DNA of 64,000 bases from a bacterium. GTDB lineage: Bacteria; UBA8248. The notes under the pieces are model-generated. The model searched no databases. It was not told the DNA's origin and was given only the letters and a program-made list of their open reading frames with translations. The DNA lies in assembly GCA_965199855.1 (NCBI GenBank), contig OZ241326.1, positions 2,432,001-2,496,000 of the forward strand, in the 5' to 3' direction. A program made the position numbers and the translations under genes. Positions 54,204 to 64,000 of the stretch are shown in pieces. Numbering within the stretch: position 1 is the stretch's first letter; every line of letters begins with the position of its first letter.

Positions 54204-56287
54204 CCTCCGATCTCGATGACGACGCGGCCCTCTTCATCCTTCCTGAAGCGCGTCCCCGCCGGCGCCACGATGGTGGATTCGCGCTCCTCGATGACGGCGG
54301 GGCCGGAGAATTCCCGCGCGGGCGGCAGCGCATACCGATGATAGACGGGCGCCTCCGAGAAGCCGCCCCGGGAGTCGTCGTATATCCTTCTCGCTCCCTT
54401 CCCGAAACTCCCGGCCTCGACGGGGGGCGGGACGCTCGCGGCGCGCGGGGCGGGGCCCAGCATCGTCAGCCTCCAGACGGCGACTTCCGCCGCCACGCCC
54501 TCGATCCTTCTCGAATACCGCCGCTCATACGCCCGCTCGAACAGCTCGCGCAAGGCCCCGGCGTCCCGGGCCGGAACGCCCCCCGCTCCGGGCGACGCGA
54601 CGCGCACCGTATCCGTCTGTCCCCGGTAGCGCATCTCGACCGCGCACCGGAACTCCCGGCCCTCGCCCGCGCCGACCGCATCCCCCAGGGAATCCTCCGC
54701 CTCGGCGCGCATCTGCGCGAACAATTCCTCGACGCGCGCCCAGTCGATGGCGTCCACGTCGGAGATCAGGACGCGCGCGGCGTCGGCTCTCGGTCTGGCC
54801 GCCAGAAGGCCGGCGGCCGAGGCCACGCCCACGTCCGGCGGACAGACCACCCGGCGGACGTGGAGCTTTCGCGCCATGCGGCAGGCGTGCAGGGGCGCGG
54901 CGCCGCCGGTGGCGATGAGGGCGTAGTTTCTCGGGTCTCCCCCCTTCTCGGCGATGTGCACGCGCGCCGCGCTCGCCATCTGCTCGGTGACGATCTCGTA
55001 AATTCCCCACGCCGCCGCCTCCGTGCTCATGCCCAGCCTCTCCCCCAGGGACGAGACGGCTTCGCGCGCTTTTCCCGCGTCGAGCCTCATCTCGCCGCCC
55101 AGGAAAAAATCGGGATTCAGGTAGCCGAGAAGCAGGTTCGCGTCCGTGACGGTGGGCAGCGCTCCGCCCAGGCCGTAGCAGGCGGGCCCCGGCGAGGCGC
55201 CCGCGCTGCGCGGACCGACCCGGATCAGCCCGAGCTCGCTCACCTGCGCGACGCTGCCGCCGCCCGCGCCGATTTCGACCAGATCCACCGTGGGCGAGAG
55301 AATCGGCAGACCGCTCCCCTTCTGGAACCTCGACGTCCGCGCCGCCTCGAAGCGGCTCTCCGTCGCGGGCGCTCCGTTCTCGATCAGGCATATCTTGGCC
55401 GTGGTGCCGCCCATGTCGAACCCGATCGCGCGGGCCTCGCCCAGGGACGCGGCGATTCGCGCGGCGGCCAGCGCGCCGCCGGCGGGCCCCGACTCTATGA
55501 TTCGCACCGGATGCTCCCGCGCGGCCTCGACCGCGGCGAAGCCGGCGTTCGAGAGCATGATGAAGAGCTCGCCCGTGAACCCCGCGTCCCGCAGGCTTTC
55601 GAGCAGGCGCGTCAGATAGGCGTCGGCGAGGGGGCGCGCGTAGGCGTTCGCCGCCGTCGTGGAGGTGCGTTCGTATTCGCCCGTCTCGGGGGCCACGGCG
55701 GAGGAGATGGAAACGGGGACGTCCGCTACCGCCTCAATGGCGGCGCGCGCCGCTCGTTCGTTCGCGGGGTTCGCGGGCGCGTGAAGAAAGCAGACGGCGA
55801 GCGATTCCGCCCCCAGCCGGATGAGCCTTTCCGCCTCTTTTCTCACGGCCCCGGCATCGACGGGGAGAACCAGGCGTCCCTCCGCGTCAACGCGCTCGGA
55901 GACTTCGCCCCGCAGCGCTCGCGGAATCAGGGGCGCCGGCATCTCCTGGTGGAGGTCATAGAGGTCGAAGCGCTTCTCGCGGGCGATTTCGATGACGTCG
56001 GAAAAGCCCTTCGTGGCGATGAGTCCCGCGCGCGCGCCCTTCCTCTCGATCAGCGCGTTGGTGATGAGGGTGGTGGCGTGAACGACGACGCCCACGTCCG
56101 GGGCGGCGATGCCGGCGGCTTCCAGGACGCGCGCGAAGCCCGTCATCGCGCCCCGCGCCGGGTCGTCCGGCGTGGTCAGTACCTTGGCGACGCGAACCGC
56201 GCCCCGCGCCTCATCGACCAGGGCGAGATCGGTGAACGTGCCGCCGATGTCGATTCCCAGGCGAACGCGGGGAGGGACGCCCATCAT
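54200..56287 (-). CDS. Hydantoinase A / oxoprolinase family ATP-dependent subunit
   Basis: Motifs IDIGGTFTD, ESGPAGG, DMGGTT and IGAGGGS. Confidence 0.9.
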   Translation of the reverse strand: MMGVPPRVRLGIDIGGTFTDLALVDEARGAVRVAKVLTTPDDPARGAMTGFARVLEAAGIAAPDVGVVVHATTLITNALIERKGARAGLIATKGFSDVIEIAREKRFDLYDLHQEMPAPLIPRALRGEVSERVDAEGRLVLPVDAGAVRKEAERLIRLGAESLAVCFLHAPANPANERAARAAIEAVADVPVSISSAVAPETGEYERTSTTAANAYARPLADAYLTRLLESLRDAGFTGELFIMLSNAGFAAVEAAREHPVRIIESGPAGGALAAARIAASLGEARAIGFDMGGTTAKICLIENGAPATESRFEAARTSRFQKGSGLPILSPTVDLVEIGAGGGSVAQVSELGLIRVGPRSAGASPGPACYGLGGALPTVTDANLLLGYLNPDFFLGGEMRLDAGKAREAVSSLGERLGMSTEAAAWGIYEIVTEQMASAARVHIAEKGGDPRNYALIATGGAAPLHACRMARKLHVRRVVCPPDVGVASAAGLLAARPRADAARVLISDVDAIDWARVEELFAQMRAEAEDSLGDAVGAGEGREFRCAVEMRYRGQTDTVRVASPGAGGVPARDAGALRELFERAYERRYSRRIEGVAAEVAVWRLTMLGPAPRAASVPPPVEAGSFGKGARRIYDDSRGGFSEAPVYHRYALPPAREFSGPAVIEERESTIVAPAGTRFRKDEEGRVVIEIGG

Positions 56288-57249
56288 TCAGCGTTCAGCA
56301 ACATCTCGCCGTCCCGAAGCACGGGCGCGTCGTCGAACCAGATCGAAGGCGCGCGGATGACGGCGTCGAAGTGGGTTTTGGCCTGCACTTCTCCCCCCAG
56401 GCTGGCGGAGGTTCCGACCCCGACGTGAATCGTGCCGTTCACGCCTTCGTCGTTGAGCATCTCGCCGGTGAAGTCCCGGCATTCGGGGTTCAGCCCCATG
56501 GCGAACTGCGCGACGTTATAGACCCATTCGTCGTTCTGGGAAGCCAGCAGGCCGCGCAGGAAGGCGGCCTGCCGCCCGCCCGATATCTCCCGCACGAAGC
56601 CGCCCTCGATCCGAAGCGTCACCGGCTCCTCGATTACGCCCACGCCGTAATAGGGAATGCTGCCGTCCACCACGAGCGTCCCGTTCGCCGTCCCCTCCAC
56701 GGGGGCTATGTTGGCCTCGATGTTCGGAACGGCGGTGAAGCCCGGCCCCTCGAGCACGCAGGCGTGGCTGTTGCCGGCGCGTCCCGCGACGCCCAGCGTG
56801 AGCGCGCTGCCCGCCGGATTGGCGACGCGCACCTCCCGCGCCGCGCTCAGGCGCGCGGCCACGGCGTCGCAAAGCGGCTTTCTCGCCCTGAAATCCGCCA
56901 TCAGGCCGCCCTCGCACATCTGCCGGGGGGTGAAGGCCGTCATCGATAGCACGCGCCCGCCCGCGGCCACCGCCTCGCGCACCGCCCGCGTATGGGCGAG
57001 GGCGCGGGTGACGGGGAGAAAAACCACGTCCGCCGCCCGCATCGCCTCCGCAACGGCGCGAGGCGGCTCTTCGTTGTCAATGCGCCGGGGCGGACACTCG
57101 ATTATCCTCGCCCGCGCGCCCCGCGCTTCCGCCTCGGCACGAAGCGCCTGCGCGATTTCGAGCCGCTCGGCGTCGGCGACGATCAGCGCGTCTTCCCCCC
57201 GCTTGACGCCGGCGCACTCATTGACGAGGATTCCCGCCCCTTTTTTCAT
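56284..57249 (-). CDS. M29 (aminopeptidase T-like) metalloenzyme
   Basis: Motifs EANIAPVEGTANGTLVVDG, GLNP, DEG..GTIH and THFD. Confidence 0.8.
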   Translation of the reverse strand: MKKGAGILVNECAGVKRGEDALIVADAERLEIAQALRAEAEARGARARIIECPPRRIDNEEPPRAVAEAMRAADVVFLPVTRALAHTRAVREAVAAGGRVLSMTAFTPRQMCEGGLMADFRARKPLCDAVAARLSAAREVRVANPAGSALTLGVAGRAGNSHACVLEGPGFTAVPNIEANIAPVEGTANGTLVVDGSIPYYGVGVIEEPVTLRIEGGFVREISGGRQAAFLRGLLASQNDEWVYNVAQFAMGLNPECRDFTGEMLNDEGVNGTIHVGVGTSASLGGEVQAKTHFDAVIRAPSIWFDDAPVLRDGEMLLNAE

Positions 57250-57414
57250 CCGCCGTTCATCCTTCGCGTCAGGGCGCGAGCCGATCCGGTTTTCTCCCCT
57301 CCCCCGCCCCGATGAAAGCCAAAGGGCGTGCGAGGCCGCAGGCGCGCCGTTGCCAATTCCGCCCCGCCCGTATTAAAGAAAGGATGCTCTCGACGCGCAC
57401 GGAAGGCTTCTTCG

Positions 57415-57492
57415 GCGTCATTCCCGACCGAAAAGGGGGGAACGCCGCAAACCGGGGCCGGCGGGAAAGCCCCGGCTTTCGCCGGAATGACG
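57415..57492. repeat. Degenerate CGTC-type REP pair
   Basis: GCGTCATTCC ... CCGGCTTTCGCCGGAATGACGC. Confidence 0.55.
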
Positions 57493-57550
57493 CGCGTCGG
57501 GCATGGCGTCGTCTCGAAGAATCTACACGAGAGGAATGCGCGAGGCGAGC

Positions 57551-58354
57551 ATGGGCCGCGGAAGCGGCGCGAGTCGGCCATCCGGAATCGGCCGAAAGCG
57601 CCTGATGGACATCTACAATCGCCTGTATGCCCGCTTCGGCCCGCAGGAGTGGTGGCCCGGCGAGACCGCGTTCGAGGTGTGCGTGGGCGCGATTCTCGTG
57701 CAGAGCACCTCATGGGCGAACGCGGCGCGCGCGATTGCGAACCTCAAGGAAGCGGGACTCCTCACGGAGAGCGCGCTCGCGAAAGCGCGGGTGAGCCGCC
57801 TCGCCCGCCTCGTCCGTCCCGCGCGGTTCTTCAACGTGAAGGCCAGAAGAATCAAGGGGTTCGCCGCCTACCTATGCGGGCATCACGCGGGAGACATAGG
57901 GAAATTCCTGAGCCTGCCCGAGAAAGAGCTGGGCGAGACGCTCCTGAAGATGGAGGGCGTCGGGCGGGAGACGGCGGATTCCATCCTCCTCTACGCCGCC
58001 GGGCGCGCGGTGTTCGTGGTGGACGCCTACACGAAGCGCATCTTCTCGCGTCTCGGGCATTTTCAAGCGTCGGAAAACGGGGAGAAGGACTATCTCGCCC
58101 TACAGGAGGCGCTCGCCGCGCGCCTGCCCCGGGACGCCGGGCTCTTCAACGAATACCACGCCCTGCTCGTGCGGCTGGGAAACGCCTGCTGCCGCCCCCG
58201 GCCGAGGTGCGCCGAATGCCCGCTCCTGGAGATTTGCCCGCACTCCCCAGGCGACGCGCGCGCCGCAAGAAAAGCATCCGGGAAGCCCCGCCGCCTCGAC
58301 AGCCGAGGCGACGGGGCGGCCCGCGTCAGTTCTTTCGCAAGAGACACGTCCTGA
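57551..58354 (+). CDS. Endonuclease III-related HhH-GPD protein with a 4Fe-4S motif
   Basis: Motifs FGPQEWWP, GVGRETADSILLYA, VVDAYT and C-x6-C-x2-C-x5-C; start uncertain. Confidence 0.88.
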   Translation: MGRGSGASRPSGIGRKRLMDIYNRLYARFGPQEWWPGETAFEVCVGAILVQSTSWANAARAIANLKEAGLLTESALAKARVSRLARLVRPARFFNVKARRIKGFAAYLCGHHAGDIGKFLSLPEKELGETLLKMEGVGRETADSILLYAAGRAVFVVDAYTKRIFSRLGHFQASENGEKDYLALQEALAARLPRDAGLFNEYHALLVRLGNACCRPRPRCAECPLLEICPHSPGDARAARKASGKPRRLDSRGDGAARVSSFARDTS

Positions 58355-59402
58355 GCGATTTCGCCAGGTTGCGCATGAGGGTGAAATACGCATCCTCCCC
58401 GGCGGGAATGTGCGCCCCCAGCGGATCCAGCTCGCCGGCCCGGGCACCCGTCCCGTGGATGATGGTCGTGATCACCCCGGGCCGAAACTGCGGCTCGGAG
58501 AAGACGCATATCGATTTCGATTCTCTGATCTTCGCGCGCAGCTCCGCCAGCCGCGCGGCGCCCGGCTTTTTCTCCGGCGAGGCACTCACCGAGCCGACGG
58601 CGTTCAGCCCGTAGCGCTTCTCCAGATATTGATACGCATCGTGAAAAACGATGTAGGACGCGCCCCTCACCGGCGCGAGCGCGCCTCGCAGCTCCCGGTG
58701 CAGGCCGTCGAGCCGGGCTTTCAGACGTCGCGCGTTCGCCTCGTATTTCTCCCTGTTTCCCGGGTCGGCCTCTCCGAGTTCCCGGGCGATGACGTCCGCC
58801 CACAGACGCGCGTTCAGGGGGTCGAGCCACAGGTGGGGATCGAAGGCGTGCTCATCATCGTGATGATCCGCCTCGTCGTGGGCGCGTTTTTCCCTGTCGT
58901 GATCATGTCCGCGCTTCTCCTCGTCGTGATGATGCTTTTCTCCATGCTCGTGGCGGCCGCGCCCGGCCTTCTCGCGCTTCTCCTCGCCGTGATCATGTTT
59001 CGCCTCGTCATGGTCGTGATCGTGGGCTTCCCACAAGCCGCCCTTTCGGAACTCCAGCCTCGTAAGCCCCGCCCCTTTCGCGTCCGCCAGGGAAACGACC
59101 TTCGCCCCTTTCGGAATCACCCTGAAAGGCCGCGCCAAGGGGGGCGCGAGGACCCCGCCCACCCAGAAGATCAGACGCGCATCCTCGATGACTTTCGCGT
59201 CCGAGGGCTTCAGGGCGAAAGTATGAGGCGAGGCGGCGCCCTTCAGCAGAAGCCAAGGCTCGCCGACGCCCTTCATCACGCCCGCGACCAGCGAATGAAC
59301 AGGCTTGATGGAAGCCACCACGCGGGTCGCCGCCGAAGCCCGGTGGACAAGCGGCCCGCAAAAGACTATCAACAGGATCATGCAGGACAGAACGCGCCTC
59401 AT
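58326..59402 (-). CDS. znuA: Zinc ABC transporter substrate-binding protein
   Basis: VVASIKPVHSLV, SPH, a His-rich loop, DPHLWL and FHDAY. Confidence 0.92.
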   Translation of the reverse strand: MRRVLSCMILLIVFCGPLVHRASAATRVVASIKPVHSLVAGVMKGVGEPWLLLKGAASPHTFALKPSDAKVIEDARLIFWVGGVLAPPLARPFRVIPKGAKVVSLADAKGAGLTRLEFRKGGLWEAHDHDHDEAKHDHGEEKREKAGRGRHEHGEKHHHDEEKRGHDHDREKRAHDEADHHDDEHAFDPHLWLDPLNARLWADVIARELGEADPGNREKYEANARRLKARLDGLHRELRGALAPVRGASYIVFHDAYQYLEKRYGLNAVGSVSASPEKKPGAARLAELRAKIRESKSICVFSEPQFRPGVITTIIHGTGARAGELDPLGAHIPAGEDAYFTLMRNLAKSLRTCLLRKN

Positions 59403-59449
59403 CGCTTTGCTCTCCAAAAAAGTGGGAAAAGGGGTTGCGTGAACAACAA

Positions 59450-59472
59450 GTTTTGATACAATATAACATATC
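59450..59472. promoter_or_regulatory. Zur box
   Basis: Minus strand GATATGTTATATTGTATCAAAAC resembles GAAATGTTATAnTATAACATTTC; lies between the divergent znuA and zur. Confidence 0.75.
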
Positions 59473-59495
59473 AATCAGCCTGTCAAGGAATTTTG

Positions 59496-59981
59496 ATGAA
59501 CGCGACGCGAAAACATTTTCCCGGCCCCGCCCACGACCACCGCGCCTGCGTCGAGAACGCCTTGAAGCAGGCGGAGGCGATTTGCCGAAAGCGCGGCGCC
59601 CGGCTCACCGCGCTCAGGCGCCGGGTGCTGAAGATCATCTGGGAGAACCACGCGCCCCTGGGCGCCTACGACGCGCTCGATCGCATGAACGCCCAAGGGG
59701 AGAGAAACGCTCCGGCCACGGTCTATCGGGCGCTCGATTTTCTCCTGAAGCACGGCCTCGTCCACCGCATCGAGAGTCTCAACGCCTTCGTGGGCTGCTC
59801 CGCGCCGGCGGACGCCCACGCGGCGCAATTCCTCATCTGCCGTGCCTGCGGAAACGTGGCCGAGACGCACAACGAGCAAATCGGGGAGGCCATCAAGGCG
59901 GGCGCCGCCCAAGCGGGCTTCCAGATCGAAACGCCCGTCGTGGAAATCAGCGGGCGGTGCCCCGAATGCCGCCATGACTGA
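59496..59981 (+). CDS. zur: Zinc uptake regulator (Fur family)
   Basis: Motifs RLTALRRRVL, PATVYRALDFL, HRIESLNAF, CRAC and CPEC. Confidence 0.9.
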   Translation: MNATRKHFPGPAHDHRACVENALKQAEAICRKRGARLTALRRRVLKIIWENHAPLGAYDALDRMNAQGERNAPATVYRALDFLLKHGLVHRIESLNAFVGCSAPADAHAAQFLICRACGNVAETHNEQIGEAIKAGAAQAGFQIETPVVEISGRCPECRHD

Positions 59982-60762
59982 CGCGCCCGCCCCCCTCGTC
60001 TCCGCCAGAAGCCTTCGCCTCCGCCTCGGCGGAGCGACGATTCTCGAAAATATCGACCTCGATATCTCCGCACGCGAGATTCTCACCCTCATCGGCCCCA
60101 ACGGCGCGGGGAAAACCACTCTCCTCCGCGTCCTGCTCGGGCTGATCGCGCCCGACTCCGGCGAGGTTCGCCGGAAGGAGGAACTCATCATCGGCTACGT
60201 CCCCCAGACCTTCGAGGTGGACGAGTCGCTTCCCCTCACCGTGCGCAGGCTGCTCACCCTCACGCAAAAGCCCTCGCGCGAGGAGATGCGGGAGCGCCTC
60301 GAGGAGACGGGCGCGGGCGATCTGCTGGATCACCCCTTCGCAAGCCTCTCGGGCGGGGAGCGGCAGCGCGTCCTGCTTGCCCGCGCCCTGCTGCGCAATC
60401 CCCGCCTCCTCGTCCTCGACGAGCCCCTCCGGGGCGTGGACATCGCCGGACAGACCGAGCTCTACCGCCTTATTGAGAGAATCAGGGACGATCGGGGCTG
60501 CGGGATACTGATGGTCTCCCACGATCTGCACTTCGTCATGGCGTCCACCGACCTCGTGGTGTGCCTCAACAGGCGCGTTTGCTGTTCGGGCCGCCCCGAA
60601 GCCGTGAGCAGGCACCCCGAATACCTCTCCCTCTTCGGCCCGCAGGCGGCGGAGAGCCTGGCCGTCTATAAGCACGCGCACAACCGCATCCATGGACCGG
60701 GAGGAGAAGTCACCCCCTTGGAATCCGCCGAGGCCCGTCCGCACGCGAACGGGAGCGTCTGA
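59974..60762 (+). CDS. znuC: Zinc ABC ATP-binding protein
   Basis: Motifs GPNGAGKT, LSGGERQR, VSHDLH and CCSG.P. Confidence 0.9.
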   Translation: MTDAPAPLVSARSLRLRLGGATILENIDLDISAREILTLIGPNGAGKTTLLRVLLGLIAPDSGEVRRKEELIIGYVPQTFEVDESLPLTVRRLLTLTQKPSREEMRERLEETGAGDLLDHPFASLSGGERQRVLLARALLRNPRLLVLDEPLRGVDIAGQTELYRLIERIRDDRGCGILMVSHDLHFVMASTDLVVCLNRRVCCSGRPEAVSRHPEYLSLFGPQAAESLAVYKHAHNRIHGPGGEVTPLESAEARPHANGSV

Positions 60763-61559
60763 TGGAGGATTTTCTGCTTCGGGGACTCCTGGGCGGGATG
60801 GGCGTGGCCGTCGTCACCGGCCCCATCGGCTGCTTCATCGTCTGGCGCAAGATGGCCTATTTCGGGGATTCGCTGGCCCACGCCGCCCTGCTCGGCATGG
60901 CGCTCGGCTTCTCCTTCGGGACGGACCTGCGGCTCGGCATCCTGGTCGCCTGCGTCAGCCTCGCCCTGTTCCTGCTCCTGCTTCAGACGCGGAAGAAACT
61001 CTCCACCGACACCCTGCTGGGCGTTCTCTCGCACGCGGCGCTCGCCTTCGGCGTCATCGCCGTCAGCCTGATGGAGATGCTTCGGGTGGACCTCATGGGC
61101 TACCTGTTCGGCGACATCCTCGCGGTCGGTCCAGCGGACCTGCTGTGGATCTACGGCGGCGGCGCAGCAGGGCTGTGCGCGCTCGCCTCGATATGGCGCA
61201 GTCTGCTGGCGGTCACGGTGAACGAGGAGCTCGCGCGCGCCGAGGGCGTTCCGGTCTTCGCCGTAAAGCTCGCCTTCATGCTCCTCATCGCCCTCGTCGT
61301 CGCGGTCGGCATGAAGCTGATCGGGATTCTGCTCATCACCTCGATGCTCATCATCCCGGCGGCGGCGGCGCGGCCGTTCTCCAGAACGCCCGAGCGGATG
61401 GCCGCGCTCGCGAGCCTGGCGGGCGCGTGCGCCGTGGGGCTCGGCATGTATGTCTCGGTTCGGTGGAACGCGCCCGCGGGGCCTTCCGTCGTCGTGGCGG
61501 CGGCCCTGCTCTTCCTTCTCAGCTTCGCGTGGAGCGCGACCGCGCGCGGGAAACCCTGA
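60762..61559 (+). CDS. znuB: Zinc ABC permease
   Basis: Motifs VWRKMAYFGDSLAH and YLFGDIL. Confidence 0.9.
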   Translation: MEDFLLRGLLGGMGVAVVTGPIGCFIVWRKMAYFGDSLAHAALLGMALGFSFGTDLRLGILVACVSLALFLLLLQTRKKLSTDTLLGVLSHAALAFGVIAVSLMEMLRVDLMGYLFGDILAVGPADLLWIYGGGAAGLCALASIWRSLLAVTVNEELARAEGVPVFAVKLAFMLLIALVVAVGMKLIGILLITSMLIIPAAAARPFSRTPERMAALASLAGACAVGLGMYVSVRWNAPAGPSVVVAAALLFLLSFAWSATARGKP

Positions 61560-61705
61560 ACCCGCGCGCCGTCAAACCCCGTCCGCATTTCATCTCAAAG
61601 AGGCGAGCGCTCACTTCGCAGAGGAAGGCTACGGCCCGTCGAGCCGCGAGACGGCGCACGAAAGGTCCGCTCGGCGGCCGCAAGGTCGCCAAGCTGCGGC
61701 TTTCT

Positions 61706-63391
61706 CTATGAAATGTCCGGCAGAGGCTGTTCGCGCGTCATCACTTCGAGGAGAGCCGGCCTTCCCGCCGAGAGCGCCTCCTCGATGGCCCCGTCAATAT
61801 CCTCCGGGCGCTCCACGCGCAGACCGAAGGCGTCGAAGGAGCGCGCCATCTCGGCGAAGCGCGGGCTTTTGAAATCGCAGCCGTAGGCCGCGCCGTAGAG
61901 GTTCCGCTGCTGGCGCTCGATCTGGCCGTAGGAGCCGTCGTTCAGGACGATCATCACGACGTTCGCGCCGCATTCGCCCGCCGTTCCGAAATCTCCCATC
62001 GTCATCAGGAAGGCGCCGTCGCCCGCGAGTCCGATGACGTCGCGAGCCGGATGCTCCATCTTGGCGACGATGGCCGTGGGCAGCGCGAAGGACATGGCGT
62101 TCCATACCCCCGACTGCATGAAGGAAAAAGGGTTTCGGAGCGGCAGATAATAGCGCGCGAACATCTGGCAGTTGCCCACGTCGCTGACGACGATGGCATC
62201 CGGCTTGACGCGGGCGGCAAGCCTCTCCATCAGGAGAGCCGGATGAATCGGCGTCTCGCGCTCGCGGCCTTCAAGCACCCGCAGCGCCTGCCTTCGCAAA
62301 TCCGCCTTTCCGCGGGCGATCTCCTCCCTCAATTCTCCATCGGCGCGTCCGCTCTCGCCCGAGAGGCGCTCCTCCAGGGCGCGGAGAAACATTCCGGGAT
62401 TCGCCACAATTTCGTCCGCGCCGCCGTAGCGCGCATCCTCCGCGTCGTCGAAGCCCACGAAAATCCGCTCTGTGGGCGCATGGGGCTGGATGTGCAGCGT
62501 CTCCGCCGCGTCGGCGCGAAGACCGACGAACATCGCCAGGTCGCGCCGCGAGGCGACGGCCTTCAGGAACGCCGTGTTCCGGAAGGCGAAGTAATGCCCC
62601 ACCGCGAAGGGGTGATCATCGGGAATGACGCCCATCGCGTCCTGGGGGTAGATGACGGGAATCGAGAATTTTTCGGAAATCCGCGCCAGCGCCCCCATCC
62701 CCCCTTTCCGCATCACCCCCTTGCCCGCGCAGATGAGAGGACGCTCCGCCTCCAGCAGCCGCCGGGCGTATTGCGCGACGTCCTCCTCCCTGGGCGGAAC
62801 GGCCTCCGTCGGCTCCGGCTCGTATTCGGGCATCGGGATCGGTTCTTCCTGGAGGAGATGCGGGCTGTAGTCGCCGAGTCTTGGAATCTCGACGTGAACG
62901 GGGCCCGGCCTCCCGCTTCTGGCGATTCGGAACGCTTTGGCCATGACGCCCGATACGTCCTCGATTCGCCGGACGCGAACGCTCCACTTCGTGACCTTCC
63001 TGAACATATCCACGAGAAAATCGGGGTCGTCCACCCCGTGAAACGCCTCGCGCGCCGCGTCCAGAGGCACGGAGCCGGTGACGTGCACCATCGGCGACGC
63101 CGCTCCGTAGGCCTGCGCCACGCCTGCGATGGAGTTGGCTCCCCCCGGCCCCGCCGTGAGCAGACAGACGCCGGGCTCTCCGGTGAGCCGCCCGTGGGCG
63201 TCCGCCATCAGCGAAGCGTTCGACTCCTGCTTGCAGGTGACGAGGCGGATGGAGGGCGTCTCCCTCAGCGCGTCGTAGAAGGGCAGAAGATGCGAGCCGG
63301 GAAGGCAGTAAAGCCTCCTGACGCCCTCCTTGACGAGGGCGTCAACGACAATGTGGCCCGCGTGGACGAGCGAGCCGGCCTCAAGTTCCAC
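61706..63391 (-). CDS. Thiamine pyrophosphate-dependent enzyme (acetolactate synthase large subunit-like)
   Basis: Catalytic Glu in QESNA, TAGPG, RPGPVHVEIP and the GDGAF...LND TPP motif. Confidence 0.88.
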   Translation of the reverse strand: MELEAGSLVHAGHIVVDALVKEGVRRLYCLPGSHLLPFYDALRETPSIRLVTCKQESNASLMADAHGRLTGEPGVCLLTAGPGGANSIAGVAQAYGAASPMVHVTGSVPLDAAREAFHGVDDPDFLVDMFRKVTKWSVRVRRIEDVSGVMAKAFRIARSGRPGPVHVEIPRLGDYSPHLLQEEPIPMPEYEPEPTEAVPPREEDVAQYARRLLEAERPLICAGKGVMRKGGMGALARISEKFSIPVIYPQDAMGVIPDDHPFAVGHYFAFRNTAFLKAVASRRDLAMFVGLRADAAETLHIQPHAPTERIFVGFDDAEDARYGGADEIVANPGMFLRALEERLSGESGRADGELREEIARGKADLRRQALRVLEGRERETPIHPALLMERLAARVKPDAIVVSDVGNCQMFARYYLPLRNPFSFMQSGVWNAMSFALPTAIVAKMEHPARDVIGLAGDGAFLMTMGDFGTAGECGANVVMIVLNDGSYGQIERQQRNLYGAAYGCDFKSPRFAEMARSFDAFGLRVERPEDIDGAIEEALSAGRPALLEVMTREQPLPDIS

Positions 63392-63437
63392 GAAAGAGCG
63401 CTCCCGCTCCGAAGGGGAAAACGATGAAAATTCCGGG

Positions 63438-64000
63438 CTACGCGCCCGCTTTCTGAATATGCGCGCAAAGAAAATCGCCCACCTGCCGGGTGCCGAGCGA
63501 ACCGCCCAGATCGGCGGTAACTTTCTTCTCGCGGACGGCGGAGACGATCGCCTCCCAAATCAGGTTCGCCGCCTCTCCCAGCCCCAGAACGTCCAGCAGG
63601 ATTCTCCCCGTCAGGCACGCCGCGAAGGGATTCGCCACCCCCTTCAAGGCGATGTCGGGCGCCGTGCCGTGCACCGGCTCGAACATGCACACGCGGCCCG
63701 GGTGAATGCAGCCCGACGCCGCCAGCCCCACGCCGCCCACCAGCCCCGCGCATAGATCGCTCAGAATGTCGCCATACATGTTGTTCGTGACGATGACGCC
63801 GAAATGCTCGGGCCTGTAGAGCAGCTCCTGGCAGAGGGTGTCGATGAAGCAGTGCTCCGCCTCCACGTCCGGGAATTCCTCCGCGATTCCCCAGAAGACC
63901 CGCTGCCACAGGCCGTGGGCGTGAACCAGGGAGCCGTGCTTGTCCGCCATCGTCACCCTGGGGTAGCCGCGTTCGCGCGCGTATCGGAACGCATAGCGGC
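63438..64000 (-). CDS. Isocitrate/isopropylmalate dehydrogenase family protein, 3' part
   Basis: Motifs NMYGDILSD, FEPVHGTAPDIA and TADLGG; runs off the right edge. Confidence 0.9.
   Translation of the reverse strand, partial: RYAFRYARERGYPRVTMADKHGSLVHAHGLWQRVFWGIAEEFPDVEAEHCFIDTLCQELLYRPEHFGVIVTNNMYGDILSDLCAGLVGGVGLAASGCIHPGRVCMFEPVHGTAPDIALKGVANPFAACLTGRILLDVLGLGEAANLIWEAIVSAVREKKVTADLGGSLGTRQVGDFLCAHIQKAGA

Noticed and set aside
58326-61559. His-rich ZnuA loop and the zur-znuCB arrangement
   Set aside because: A well-known, ordinary organisation.

Overview
High-GC (about 70% by eye) bacterial chromosomal segment. No rRNA, tRNA, CRISPR array, integrase or transposase was recognised. Ordinary content: aceE-aceF, two branched-chain-amino-acid-type ABC operons, znuA/zur-znuC-znuB with a Zur box, msrB, a ferredoxin, an endonuclease III-like gene and many catabolic hydrolases/oxidoreductases (tandem CocE pair, M20 amidohydrolase, amidase, HyuA/HyuB, sarcosine-oxidase-like, TPP enzyme). 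Less ordinary: (1) Three autotransporter-type surface-protein genes. Two have a sigma70-like promoter (17-bp spacer) whose predicted start site falls at the first unit of a perfect C-rich 8-bp tandem array (36x TCACCGAC and 23x AACTTCCC in mRNA sense). (2) Two probable selenoproteins truncated in the ORF track: a UxxC glutaredoxin-DinB fusion and a rhodanese with UGA at the catalytic Cys position. Both have SECIS-like hairpins sharing an AGUYU loop. (3) A low-GC three-gene island (amino-MTase convergent with a Z1/SF2 helicase and a small unknown protein), probably a restriction/defence system. (4) Five mosaic clusters of GTAG- and CGTC-tagged REP hairpins, two containing ~400-bp inverted repeats around the CocE pair. 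All calls are from manual reading; no searches were run.
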